64,000 nt of DNA from Thecamonas trahens ATCC 50062 (lineage: Eukaryota > Protista > Apusomonadida), in NCBI RefSeq assembly GCF_000142905.1, contig NW_013657671.1, forward strand, positions 186,001 to 250,000, in the 5' to 3' direction. The notes beneath the pieces are model-generated. The model was given only the letters and a program-made list of their open reading frames with translations. It was not told the DNA's origin and ran no database searches. The number at the start of each line of letters is the position of its first letter. The first letter of the stretch is position 1. A program made the position numbers and the translations under genes. This document shows, in pieces, positions 21,548 to 33,101 of this stretch.

Positions 21548-24500
21548 TCACATCTCGTCGAGCTCGTCGAGGAACGAGTCGAGCGGCAGCGCCTCGACTT
21601 CGATGGCGCTAACGTCGACCTCAACCGGAGCCGACTTGAGCATCTTGAGCTGGATCTTGAGCTCCTCGTCATCCTCCGCGTCGTCCTCATCGTCCGAGGC
21701 CGAGTCAATGCCCTCGTAGATGCAGTACTCCTCGGTGACGCGCTGGACGAGCTCGTCGGTCCAGGGAATGACGTAGGCCAGGTCCTCGGGACGGACAAAG
21801 ACGCCGCAGCGAGGCGGACAGCGGAAGTAGACCTCGCCCTTGACCGAGCCGTTGTTCTTGCCCTTGCCCGGCACGTCGAGCTCGACGCCGACCCAGGTTC
21901 CGGTGGCAAACTTGGTCGGCCCGACAAAGCGGACGACACCCATCTTGGACGAGCCCTTGCGCCACACCGGATCGCCGACTTTGAACTCATGGGTGCCCGG
22001 CTTGACGAGATGCAGCATGTGGCCACGGACAAAGAGACCGTGGCCCGGCGGGCAGTCAAAGAGCTTCACGCCCATGACGGTGCCGTCGCATCCGCCCTGA
22101 GCGGTGGCAGTCTTCTTTGGCGTGACAATGCCGACAAAAGTCGAGCTGCCAGCATACGGCAGCTCGCCGACCCACTCGACGCGGCAGAGCGAGCGGCCAA
22201 ACTTGACGAGGGTTCCGCGGAGAGCCTCTGTGCGGGCAGCGAGGCGGCGCGAGAGCTTCTCCTTGATGCGACGCTCGCGGCGGATCTGCTTCTGCTTCAC
22301 AGCCTCCTCCTCCTTCTTCTTGGCAAGCATGGCCTCCTGCTGGGCGAGCTCGGCGGCGAGCCGCTCCTGACGAGCCTTGTACATGGCCTCCTTCTTCTCA
22401 GCGCGCTCGCGCTTCTTGCGGTTGCGCTCGTATTCGCGGCGCTCAAGCTCGGCCTTGATCTCGGCCTGCTTGCGCTCGAGCTCGGCCTCGGCCTGGTCGA
22501 CGAGCCGCTGCTTCTCGGCGGCGAGCCGCTTCTCGCGCTCGAGCCGCTGCATCTCCAACAAGCGGGCCATCTCCTCCTCGCGGCGGGTCTTGTCGTCCGA
22601 GAGCATGCGGTTCTCTTCCTTGATAGCCTTGGTGAGCGACTTGGCGGCCTTGGCCACGCCCGCCTTGTACGCCTCGGTCTTGTCCTTGGAGTAAAAGTCG
22701 TTGGTAAACTCAGCGACGGCCGAGCGGAGCGCCTTGGCCGCCGAGCGGAGGATCTCGGCGCGCTTGGCCAGCTTCTCACGCTCCTTGGCACGCTTGGCGC
22801 CGTTGGCAAAGTCGACAAGCGACTTGAGGGTGATCTCGAGCGGTGCAAGGGCACCCTCGGCTGCGTGCAGCGACGGCACGAGGTGGGTCTGGCGGTACTC
22901 CTCCTTGATTCGCTGCCGCTCCTCCTCTTCCTCTTCGAGAATCTTGCGGTCGGCCTCCTCGGGCGAGTAGCCCTCGGCGACGAGCTGGCGCTTGCGCTCG
23001 ATGCGCTTCTTGATCCGCTCATACTCTTCGACGAGCTGCGGAAGGCGGCGACGGGCGAGCCACATGCGGTGCAGGGCCTGAAAGTGCTCGAGCGCGGCCT
23101 TCATCTTGGCCTTTTTGGCGCGGAGCGCGCGGTCGCGGGCAGCTGACATGGCCTTGAACATGTTGTCTTTGAGAAAGACGAGGTCGTAGCCGACCTGGAA
23201 CGGTGCCATGTTGGTCCGGTTCTTGACAGCCTCGGGATCCTCATCGACCACCATCTGGCAGAGGAACTTGATGGCGTCGTCAGGGCTCTTGGCCTTGAGC
23301 GCAGCCTTGTCGTCGACAAGATCCTCAAAGTAGTCGATAAAGGCCTCCTTGTTGCGCTGGACCGGGTAGCCGGCCATGCGCATCTCGATGACGGCGCCCA
23401 TGCCTGCCGAGATGAGCTGGTCGAGGACTTTCCAGTCCTCAAACATGCCGCCCTTGGTCATGGTGCAGTTAGGCTTGACGCAGCGGACAAACATCGGGTC
23501 TGTCTCCATCAGCTTGTCGTGCAGATCGTCGAGCGAAGCCTTGAACTTGGATGCGATGGTGGAGACGCCACGGCGGCTGCCGCCGGACCCGCCGCTGCTC
23601 TCGGGCACGAGGGCGACGACAAATGCCGAGGACGAGGCCTGGAGGACGGCAGCAAGGTCCTTGGCCATCGAGTCCTTGTTCTTCTCGACAGCGGCAACCG
23701 TGGTGTACCACACCTTGCCGGCGTAGTGGTAGACAAAAAGTCGGTCTTGTCGCGGGCATGCTTGGAGGTGTCGATGCGCGGCCACCAGCCGAAAAAGTCG
23801 TCGCGGGCCGTCTTCCACTCCTGGTCGCCGAGCGGCTTCTTGCGGCCCTTGGTAAACTCGGCCACAATCTCGGTAAGGAACTTCTCATCGGCCATGCGCG
23901 GGTTGGCCATGAGCTCGCGGTTTGTCTGCGACTGCTTGGTCACGCCGTTGAGAATGGAGAAATGTTCTTGGCCTTGGCCGCCTTCTTGTCGCTCTTGTCG
24001 ATGGGACCCTTGATGAGCTGGACGCACGCCGAGTTGTCAGCGTACTCGATGTCGTCGACGTGGAGGCCTTGCGACCGGTAGAGCTCCTGCTGCTTAGGAA
24101 TCTGGTTCTCGTAGAAAAAGTGCTGCAGCTGCTCGTTGGTCAGGTTGATGCAAAGCTGCTCAAACTTGTTGTTGGTCAGCACGCTGTGGTCCGGCTGCTT
24201 CTTCTCAAACGACTCAAAGCCAAAAATGTCAAGAACGCCGATCCACTTGGCCCCTGCCCCGCCAGGCGCCGAAATCACCGTATTGATGTGCTCCTCCACC
24301 AAGAGCTCAAAAAGCCGGCCGTACATCTGCTTGGCCAGTGCGTCGGCGTTGTCGTACGCCTGTTGCTCGGTCAGGTTCTTGATCGTCGTCTCCGTGATGT
24401 GGAAGAAGAGCAGCGCGTCCGAGAGGCCCTGCTGTGAGACGCCGAGCAGCTCGGCCACCCACCCGACCTCCTGCGGCGTGTCGATGTTGCACGTCTGGCC

Positions 24501-25712
24501 TTCCTCGGTCGCTGAAAACTTGATCTGGCCCAGAATGAGGATGGCTGCGAGGATCCGATAGAGCTGCTGCCGGAACTCGGGCCCAAGCCCGAGCGTGTCC
24601 ATGTTCTCCACAAACGTTGCATACCGCTTGTCGTCGTGCATCGGCTCGCCGTGGTGGTCCACAAAGCACGTGTTGACGTTGCACCGGTCGCGGCCCACAA
24701 GGTACCGGTACTGGTCGTACGTCGTCAGGTGCAGGGCCGCCAGCTCGGCCGGCGAGAAGTTCTCAAACATCATGTAGAAGATGTGGTAGTTGCGCTCGTC
24801 GAGCTCCTGCAGCACAATCCGCGACTTTTCCAGCAGGTACTGGTTGATTCGCGCGCCCACAATGACGTTCTGCTGATTGAACTGGATCTCCACAAACTTG
24901 CCAAACCGCGACGAGTTGTCGTTCCGCGTCGTCTTGGCGTTGCCAAACGCCTCCAGCACCTCGGATGTCGCCAGGATCTTCGAGTTGACGTCGAGCTCCT
25001 GCGTGCCCTTCTCCGCCACAAACGCAATGTACTGCAGCACGTGCTTGGTCGACTCACTCTTGCCGGCCCCAGACTCGCCCGAAATCACAATCGACTGGTT
25101 GATCGGCCGGCCAGGCTCCGGCGAACACATCTTACGGTAGACCTCGTCGCCCGTGGCGTAGATGTGCGGCGGGAGCTCCGGATCCGCAAACGGGCGGCCC
25201 TTGTACTTTTCCATCGTCTCCTGGTTGATCAGCCCCATGTCCTGCAGCGGGTTTGCCACCACAAGAATCTCACCCACGTACGTGTAGTACAGCATCGGCT
25301 TGGCCTTGTACCGCATCCGCAGGTTGTACATCAGCTCACCCACCTGCAAGTCTTCCAGCTCGACCATGTTTTGCCGGCCCTCTCGGTTCGACTGCGCCAT
25401 GATTTGCACCAGTAGGTCGTCGGTCTGTGTCACCTTGAGCGCCTTGGGCTGGTTGTTGTAGTCGGGATCTCGTACGCATCGTGCACATAGATCTCCCCAT
25501 AATGGCTCCAGCGAGATCTCACTATCCGACGGTGTGCCCTTGACCTTGGCCGCGAGCTTCGGCGGCTCGGGCGGCTTGTGCTCCTTCTTGTCCTTGGAAC
25601 TTGACGCCCCACCTCCAAACCGGCTCTTCTTGACCTCGGGCTCGGGCTCCTTTCCAAAGTTAAGGACCCACACCAAGTCCTCGTTGTGGAACGAGGTGAA
25701 CACCTTGGTCAT
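21548..25712 (-). CDS. Unconventional myosin: motor - IQ - charged helical tail - two CAP-Gly domains (frame breaks at 23960-23962 and 23735-23739)
   Basis: GESGAGKS, LEAFGNAKTTRNDNSSRFGKF, YLLEKSR, LDIFGFE, FEQLCIN..NE.LQ, HYAG.V.Y, FVRCVKPN; IQ FQALHRMWLARR; CAP-Gly WVGVELDVPGKGKNNGSVKGEVYF.C...GVFVR and a more divergent upstream copy. Confidence 0.93.
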
Positions 25713-26147
25713 CGCTATGCAGTTGGAGGGGGGGGGGAGGGGGGGAGTGGGGAGGGGGGGGAGTGTAAGTAGGGGGGAGGGGGAGAGGACAGAGGAGGTA
25801 TCTATTTCAGCCGTTGGCGGGAGGGAGAGGCTAACGGGCGAGGTGGTTGGCGAGGGGGAGGGGTATGGCCATAGCCATGGGTATGAACGATGGGGATGGA
25901 GGGAAGAGGGAAGATTAAGTGTGTAAGGTAGAAGTTAGTGAGGAGGGGGGGGGAGTGGAGGTCCGTACCAGCTGACCTAGGTGAGGTGTTGCTTGGTGAG
26001 GGGGAGAGGGGGGGTGGGGGGGGGAGGCTGAGAGGGCAAACAGCGGTGATCGTGATCGATCGTGATCAGGACGGAGGCGGAGAGCGAGAGAGTGGGAGCG
26101 GACCGATTGAGGTATGTGGTCAAGCACCCGTCTTTGGAACTGTAACC

Positions 26148-27531
26148 ATGCTGAGGCTCTCCCGTGCGGTGTGCAGCATGCCGACTCGCGTACGTGGCTA
26201 CTCTAGAGGCAAGGAGGTAGTGGGGGGAAGGGGGGAGGGGGAGGGGAGGGCGGGCGAGGGGGGGGGGGGGACTGGCTGGGTTTTTTGGTCGATGAGAAGC
26301 GCTGCACCGCTGTGGGCGGACAGAGTCACGAGGGCGACGGGCATGGCGAGGCGAGGCTCCTGGTGAGGCATAGTGACAGGTGACGGGTGACGGGAACTCG
26401 GCTCACGATATGTGTGGGAGGGTGTGGGGACATGGGTGGTTTGTGGTGTAGGCGTTTGCAAGCACTGCAGTTGCAGCAGCTGGCAGTGGCGGCGACAAGC
26501 TCCCTGGCTTTGTGCACAAGGTTGTGGACGAGGACGTGCCGCAGGACGGCGAGATGGTGGAGATGAACCTGTTTGAGGCCGTGAATGCGGCGATGGACGT
26601 GGCGCTGGACACTGATGAGACGGCGTGTGTGTTTGGCGAAGACGTGGCGTTTGGCGGCGTCTTCCGCTGCTCGATGAACCTGATGGAGAAGTACGGCAAG
26701 GACCGGGTGTTCTCGACGCCGCTCTCAGAGCAGGGCATTGCCGGCTTTGCGATCGGCATGGCGGCGATGGGCTCGACAGCGATTGCGGAGATCCAGTTTG
26801 CCGACTACATCTTCCCGGCGTTTGACCAGATTGTCAACGAGGCGGCCAAGTACCGGTACCGGTCGGGCGGCATGTTTGACGTCGGCGGCCTCACCATCCG
26901 CTCACCGTACGGCGCAGTTGGCCACGGTGGCCTGTACCACTCGCAGTCGCCCGAGGCCTACTTTTCGCACACGCCCGGCCTCAAGGTTGTCATTCCGCGC
27001 TCGCCGCAGCAGGCCAAGGGCCTCCTGCTGTCGGCCATCCGCGACCCGAACCCGGTGCTTGTGTTTGAGCCCAAGGCGCTCTATCGCGCCGCCAACGAGC
27101 CTGTTCCGGTCGAGGACTACGAAATCCCGCTGGGCAAGGCGCAGGTCCTCAAGGAGGGCTCGGACGTGACTGTCGTCGGCTACGGCGCCCAGATCTACGT
27201 CCTCGAGCAGGCCATCCTCATGGCCGAGAAGGAGCTGGGCATCTCGTGCGAGCTCATCGACCTCCGCTCCATCCTTCCCTGGGACAAGGACACTGTCATC
27301 GACTCGGTGAACAAGACCGGGCGCGCCGTCATCTCGCATGAGGCGCCCAAGACCTCCGGCTTTGCCGCAGAGGTCTCGTCCACCATTCAGGAAGCATGTT
27401 TCCTCAACCTCGAGTCGCCCATCCAGCGCGTCTGCGGCTGGGACACCCCGTTCCCGCTCATCTTTGAGCCGGTCTACGTCCCCGACAAGCACCGCGTGTT
27501 TGAGGGCATCAAGGCCGCCATCGAGTTCTAA
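26148..27531 (+). CDS. BCKDHB: Branched-chain 2-oxoacid dehydrogenase E1 beta; exons 26148-26189 and 26452-27531
   Basis: [52 protein letters not shown]; presequence [19 protein letters not shown] after removing intron GTACGT..TGTAG. Confidence 0.95.
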
Positions 27532-27598
27532 ACCACTCTCGCGCCCGCCGTCACACACCTCTCGCCAGCCTGCGAGATTCAAAGTGCCACAGCGTTTA

Positions 27599-28335
27599 TC
27601 AGGCCAGCTCGCCCTCGCTCTTGCTTCCGCGAGTGGCCGAGTTGTAGCGGAACAGCTGGTACAGCTGGGCAATCTCGTTGGAGACGTGGCAGACAAAGAG
27701 CGGGTAGTTCTGCGGCGAGATGGCAAGCGACCAGCGCATAAAGAGCAGCGAGTAGACAACAAGCGAAGAGGTCATCATTGGATCAATCTTCGTCGGATCC
27801 TCGTTACCCACAATGTGGGCAATCGCGGCCGCCGGAATGGTCCAGTTGGCCATCGCGCCGACAAAGCCCACAAACTTGGTCCAAGTATCGCCCTTCTCGG
27901 CATCCTTGCCGTCTTTGCCCTCGCTCCCGCCATCACCTGAGCTTCCCCCGTCGCCGCCATCGCCAGCACTCGAACTGGCCTCGGCCCCAGCCTGACCGCT
28001 CTTGGCCTTTTCCAGCCGCTGAGCCACCACTGCGTCCTCCACAGGCTTGTACACCGGCTCGGCCGGCGGGACGTAAGCAGGCAAATCCGCGTCGCGCTTG
28101 CTACCGTTTGCTCCTCCGGCAGCAGTACTACCAGATGCCATCCGGACCGCCGCCATCATCCGACCAGCACCCAACCCCAGCCCCCCGGTCATTCCGCTCG
28201 CCATTGCCAGTGCCAGCGCCCGTCGTCCGCTTCCACCAGTCGCCGCCATTGCCACGCGCCCACCTCCGCCAGCACCACCCCCACACTGCGAACGGCAGCC
28301 CAGCCCATACGACCCACGCCCGCACTCCGGAGCAT
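27599..28335 (-). CDS. MPC1: Mitochondrial pyruvate carrier (MPC1-type) with long N-terminal extension (frame break at 28278-28282)
   Basis: [42 protein letters not shown]. Upstream ATG 28335 ([18 protein letters not shown]) joins with one added G; alternative start 28249. Confidence 0.85.
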
Positions 28336-28415
28336 CTCCTTTTACTTGAACAGCAGAGAGGCGTGTAAGTGCAAGGAGGAGAGGGGGGAGGGGAGGGGGG
28401 GATCAGAGCAGTGTG

Positions 28416-28751
28416 TGATCACGATCATGATCATGATCATGATCATGATCATGATCACAAGGGGGGGAGGGGGGGGTGACCATACCCGGGCCATACTCCA
28501 GAACCCACACCTCTCCCCCCCCCCCCACCCCCCTTCAAAAAAAAGAATTTTAGCATATTCTCCTTATAACAACCATCGGCGTCATTGTCCTCGATCATGA
28601 TCATGATCATGATCATGATCATGATCATGATCACAAGGGGGGGAGGGGGGGGTGACCATACCCGGGCCATACTCCAGAACCCACACCTCTCCCCCCCCCC
28701 CCACATCCATGCATATCCTCCTCATAGCAACCATCGCCGTCATTGTCCTCG
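28416..28751 (+). repeat. ~176-bp tandem duplication containing (GATCAT)n arrays and the first codons of the GT4 gene
   Basis: caagggg..gtgaccatacccgggccatactccagaacccacacctctc at 28458 and again at 28634. Confidence 0.9.
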
Positions 28752-30078
28752 GTGCACCGCTCCAGGCAGCAGGAGGCAAGCCAAGCCCGGCAGGAGGCAA
28801 GCCAAGCCCGGCAGGAGGCAAGCCAGGTCAGGCAGCGACGCTTCTGTGGTCGGCGCCGGTGTTCTCGGGCGGCGGCTACGCTTCCGAGTCGCTCAACTAT
28901 CTGCTTGGCCTGGCGCCGTATGCTGCGGCTCGGGATGTGGCGGTGGCGGTCGAGCAGCACGGCGACATGTACGATCGGAGCTATGTCGCCGGTCTGCCGT
29001 CGCCACAGGCTGCTGCGCTTCAGGGCTGGGCCAGGACGGGCGCTGGCCTGCGAGGCGGACGCAACTCTGCGCCGATCATCAATGTCTGCCATTCCGAGCC
29101 TGGCGCATGGTCGGTGACGGCCCGCGGTGCTCTGTTCTCCACCTCGCGCTGCCCGCGCCACGGCGCGGCCTACACCATCGGGCGGACTATGTTCGAGACC
29201 GACTCGCTGCCCGACGGCTGGGCTGAACGGTGCAACGCCATGAATGAGGTCTGGGTCCCCACCGCGTTTCACGCTCGCATCTTTGCCGACGCCGGCGTCG
29301 ACAGCGCCAAGATCCACGTCGTGCCCGAGTCGGTAGACACCGCTACGTTTGATCCCGACGCCACTGACCTCGTCCCGCTTGCCCTCGACGGCCCGCCGGA
29401 CGCCTTTAACTTTGTCTCGGTCTTCAAGTGGGAGGATCGCAAAGGCTGGCGGCTGCTGCTCGACGCCTACTTTGCTGCATTTGCCTCGGCGCCGCAAGGC
29501 TCGGTCGCGCTTTACATTGTCACTCGCGCCTTCCACTCGTCGTCTGACTTTGACACCGCCATCGCCGCACACGCCGCTGACCGCGGGCTCGACATGGCCA
29601 CCCTCCCGCCTGTCTTTGTGCTCTCGGGCATTCCGCAGACTCACATGCCCGCCATGTATGCAGCCATGGATGCGTTTGTCTTGCCGTCGCGCGGCGAGGG
29701 CTGGGGCCGCCCGCACACTGAGGCCATGGCCATGCGCCTTCCGGTCATCGCCACCGCCTGGTCCGGGCCGACCGAGTTCATGACAAGTGACAACTCGTAC
29801 CCCCTCCCATCCGCGGCCTCGTCCGCGTCGGCGGTAACTCGCACTTTGCCACCCACTCGTGGGCCGATCCCGATCCAGACGCTCTTGTCGACCTCCTGCG
29901 CACCGTCCATACCTCGCTGGCCGAGAACGCCGCACGCGGCGCACGCGCCCGCGCTGACATGGTCGCCAACTTCTCCAATGACGCCATCGGCAAGCTCCTC
30001 GCCGACCACCTCGACCGCATCCTTAGCAACCTTGCCGAACGCGCCGTGAGTCCCGAGAGCGGCCACGACGAGCTGTAG
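28709..30078 (+). CDS. GT4 glycosyltransferase with signal peptide and C-terminal HDEL (frame break at CCC 29806-29808)
   Basis: MHILLIATIAVIVLGAPLQA signal; IGRTMFETD, FVSVFKWEDRKGW, DAFVLPSRGEGWGRP..EAMAM.LPVIAT.WSG (EX7E). Adding one C gives YPLPIRGL...HSWADPD...SGHDEL*. Confidence 0.88.
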
Positions 30079-30087
30079 CGCAAACGC

Positions 30088-31466
30088 TCATTCCGGGACG
30101 ACGAGAACCACAAGCCCGACCCCGCGCTGCCAGAACCCGGCCGCGTCGCCGACGTCCCCGACTGGCTCCAAGCCGCCGTCGTCGTTCTCAAACCACACGT
30201 TGCCGCGACTTGCGCCGGCAAAAACCGCACCTGCGCTCAGCCGCGCTGCTTGCACCAGCTCGCCGTGTCCGCACCCCTCGCCGACCCGCGCCGTCGTCGC
30301 TGCGACAACCTCGCGCGGCGACGTCCGAATGGCGACGCTCACTGGGACCACCGTCTCGTTGCTGCCGACTCCGAGCTCAAACGATGACCGCGACGAGTCG
30401 GGCACTGCTAGTGAATCGCGGTTGAGCCCAAGCGAGTCGCGCATCGGCCCGAAACCACTCGGTGTGCTCGCGCTGCCGGCTGTGGTGGGCGTACCGCCGG
30501 GCAAGCCAGCCGGTAGTGTCAAGCCCGAGCATGAAGAGAGGTTGTCGATGCCGTAAATGCGAATCCCGAGTTCAAACTCCTTGCCAAACGTGATGATTTG
30601 CCCATCGAGGAGCCGAAATGGCGTGTGCGGCATCACCTTGACCTGCGAGCCGCGGAACCGGGCGGTGGTCCCATTGGCAGAGCCAAGATCTTCCAGGAGG
30701 AAGCACGGCTCCGAAATGGAGACCCGTGAAGGCCGTGGCTCGTCAACAAAGCTTATTCGGGCGTGGTTGCGTGAAATCGACCGCAATGAGTCCTGGATCG
30801 ACACGTCGTGCATCGACCGCCCGCCCACCAGCCCGCCCGATGGGCCGACCACAAACACCTGTCCGGCATACTCGATAGGTGCCACGACCGTGAGATGCAG
30901 CTCAACTGCAAGAGATCTGCCCTGAACTGCTGCAGTACGATCGCCCAGCGCTGAGAGCACTTTTGCCCGCTTCATGGCGTCCATCTCAACCTCTCGCATG
31001 CTTGACTCCTTCCGCTTGCTGTGAATCCCACACACCAATTCGCCGCTTCGCTTGTTGGCGCGCCGGATCGCTTGCTGAACATCATCGACCCACTCGGTAG
31101 CATGTGTGTACGACTGGCACGGATGCGCCAAATCCGATCGGATGTGACCAGCTCAAACAGGCCGAGCTTCTCGTCCTTTCCGCTCGCCATCTCCACCACA
31201 CGCACCTCGCTCACCTCCTCCAGCGGAATCAAGCCCTTGGGCGGTGCGTCCTTGCTCTTGGCATACGTCAATGATCCGCGTCCTGAGAGCACAAACCATC
31301 GCTTCCGCCACGTCTTGATCCGTCCCCCCTGCTTGACCAGAAAGCCCTCCCGGACAATGTCATCGCCACCGTACACCAGCCGCGAGCTGGCCGTCCCGCT
31401 TGTCCTCCACTCGGCGCCGTCCACCACACCCAAGCCACTCTCCGCCTTGTATACACCCACAGACAT
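30088..31466 (-). CDS. PH + FHA domain protein (frame break at 31116-31117)
   Basis: PH: REGFLVKQGGRIKTWRKRWFVL...EWVDDVQ; FHA: GGRS...ISRNHARI...LEDLGSANGT. Confidence 0.85.
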
Positions 31467-31867
31467 CACACTCTGTCGTCCCGGACCTCTCCTCCGTCGG
31501 ACTCTGCTCGTGCCCGTAGTCTACCTCTCAGCTACCTCCACGAGCTTGCACAGGTGCGAGTGGCGTGTCTGTCGCTCTGGTCCTCCCACACGGTGCCAAC
31601 AGTGTCCCGGGGAAGGGGCGGGGAGGGACGGCTAGCGCTCTTGGGCGCCGTCATTATTCACCGATACAGCGATCAGGCATCAAACGGAGTATCTGTGGCA
31701 TGCATGGTTAGAGTGGGTGGCTGCGATGGCAGATGAGCTGAGGAGGATGGCGATGGACGAGGAGAAGGCATGGCAGTGTTGGTTGGCAGCAGGTTTTGCC
31801 TGATCACTAAAACTGTGGCCGTTTCGATCGAAACCCTGCGCAGCAAGCACCATCTCTATCAACGCGT

Positions 31868-32164
31868 GATGGACGGTAGCATCTGGTGCTTGTTCCCCTG
31901 CTTGCAAGTGGAGCACCATGCTACGCTTGGTACCCACCGATCTCTCCTCTCTCTCTCTGTTTCCCCACGCTGCGTGCATCATCATCGTCAATCCTGGAAT
32001 AGCGTCGCACCATCACAGGTCATCATCGCTTGCATCGCGTCCAGTCTCCGCACGATGGACGGTAGCACCTGGTGCTTGTTCCCCTGGTTGCAAGTGGAGC
32101 ACCATGCTACGCTTGGTACCCACCGATCTCTCTTCTCTCTCTCCGTTTCCCCACGCTGCGTGCG
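31868..32164 (+). repeat. ~110-bp direct repeat with 186-bp period
   Basis: gatggacggtagca(t/c)ctggtgcttgttcccctg...ccccacgctgcgtgc at 31868 and 32054. Confidence 0.9.
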
Positions 32165-32263
32165 TCGTCGCTCCAGCCAAAGTCGACGCGGCAGCTTGCA
32201 GGGCGGTGGACTGGGGCGGGAAGGGGATCGCTCGCGAAGTCACCCGACTCTGCTGAAGAGAGT

Positions 32264-32503
32264 ATGTCTGGAAGAGGGCGACTTGTGTTCTCTGTCATTG
32301 CGGGCTCTCTGCTTGGTGGTGGGGTTGGCTTCTGGTACATGGACAAGGCTATGGAGGAGCACCGGGCTCAGCTCAAAGCCGCCGTCGCTGCCTTGCCTGA
32401 TGATGACGACGGCAGTGGCGGGCCTGGAGAGCCTGGCCTTGTCGTTACCGGATCAACACCGGGTGGATCGCAGGTGGGCGCGGCAGGAGAGGCCTCTGGC
32501 TGA
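32264..32503 (+). CDS. Small (79 aa) single-TM protein
   Basis: MSGRGRLVFSVIAGSLLGGGVGFWYMDKAMEEHRAQLK: basic N-terminus, Gly-rich TM, short charged helix. Confidence 0.5.
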   Translation: MSGRGRLVFSVIAGSLLGGGVGFWYMDKAMEEHRAQLKAAVAALPDDDDGSGGPGEPGLVVTGSTPGGSQVGAAGEASG

Positions 32504-32921
32504 CCTCTTTGACTGTCGATCGATGGTGTGATGGCCGCGTACCTTGGCCTCGCGGACAGCTCGCACCCTCTCGGCTTACTCCTCAGCGGACCTTGGATCG
32601 ACGGCCCCATGCTCCTCGCCCTCGGGCTCTTGGATGGTTCAGTCGATCATCAGCTCTGACTGGGAAGGGATTAACCTCGAGCGCCATGGCTCTGCGGCCA
32701 GTGCTGCCCCTAAGCAGCCACACAGCGGCGCACCAACGCACGATCCTTGCCGGCCATAAAGTAGATCGTCACCTCCTTGGGTCAGGACACTCAATAGCCA
32801 AACTCCTTGCCCAGCGCAACATCGGCTGTCCTCCTCTTTCATCATGACTCCTGCCTTGCCACCATCTCATCTCTCCCCATTACTCATCAGATCTGGTCTT
32901 GGTGGTCTTGGTCTTGGGCTT

Positions 32922-32962
32922 GATCAGATCAGATCAGATCAGATCAGATCAGATCAGATCAG
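32922..32962. repeat. (GATCA)n microsatellite
   Basis: About 8 perfect units upstream of the LRR gene. Confidence 0.9.
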
Positions 32963-33101
32963 CCCACCCAACCTTGGCGCGAATGTCCCCCCACCTCACC
33001 CCGCCCACCCCACCACCTTCCCTCCCCCCACCCCCCCCCCCACCCCCCCACCCTCACCCCCTCCCCATCTTCACCTCCCACATCTACCCTCCTCTCGCTA
33101 C

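Noticed and set aside
28416-28632. CRISPR-like array from repeated GATCAT blocks
   Set aside because: Simple microsatellite inside a two-copy duplication; no unique spacers, no cas genes, eukaryotic context.
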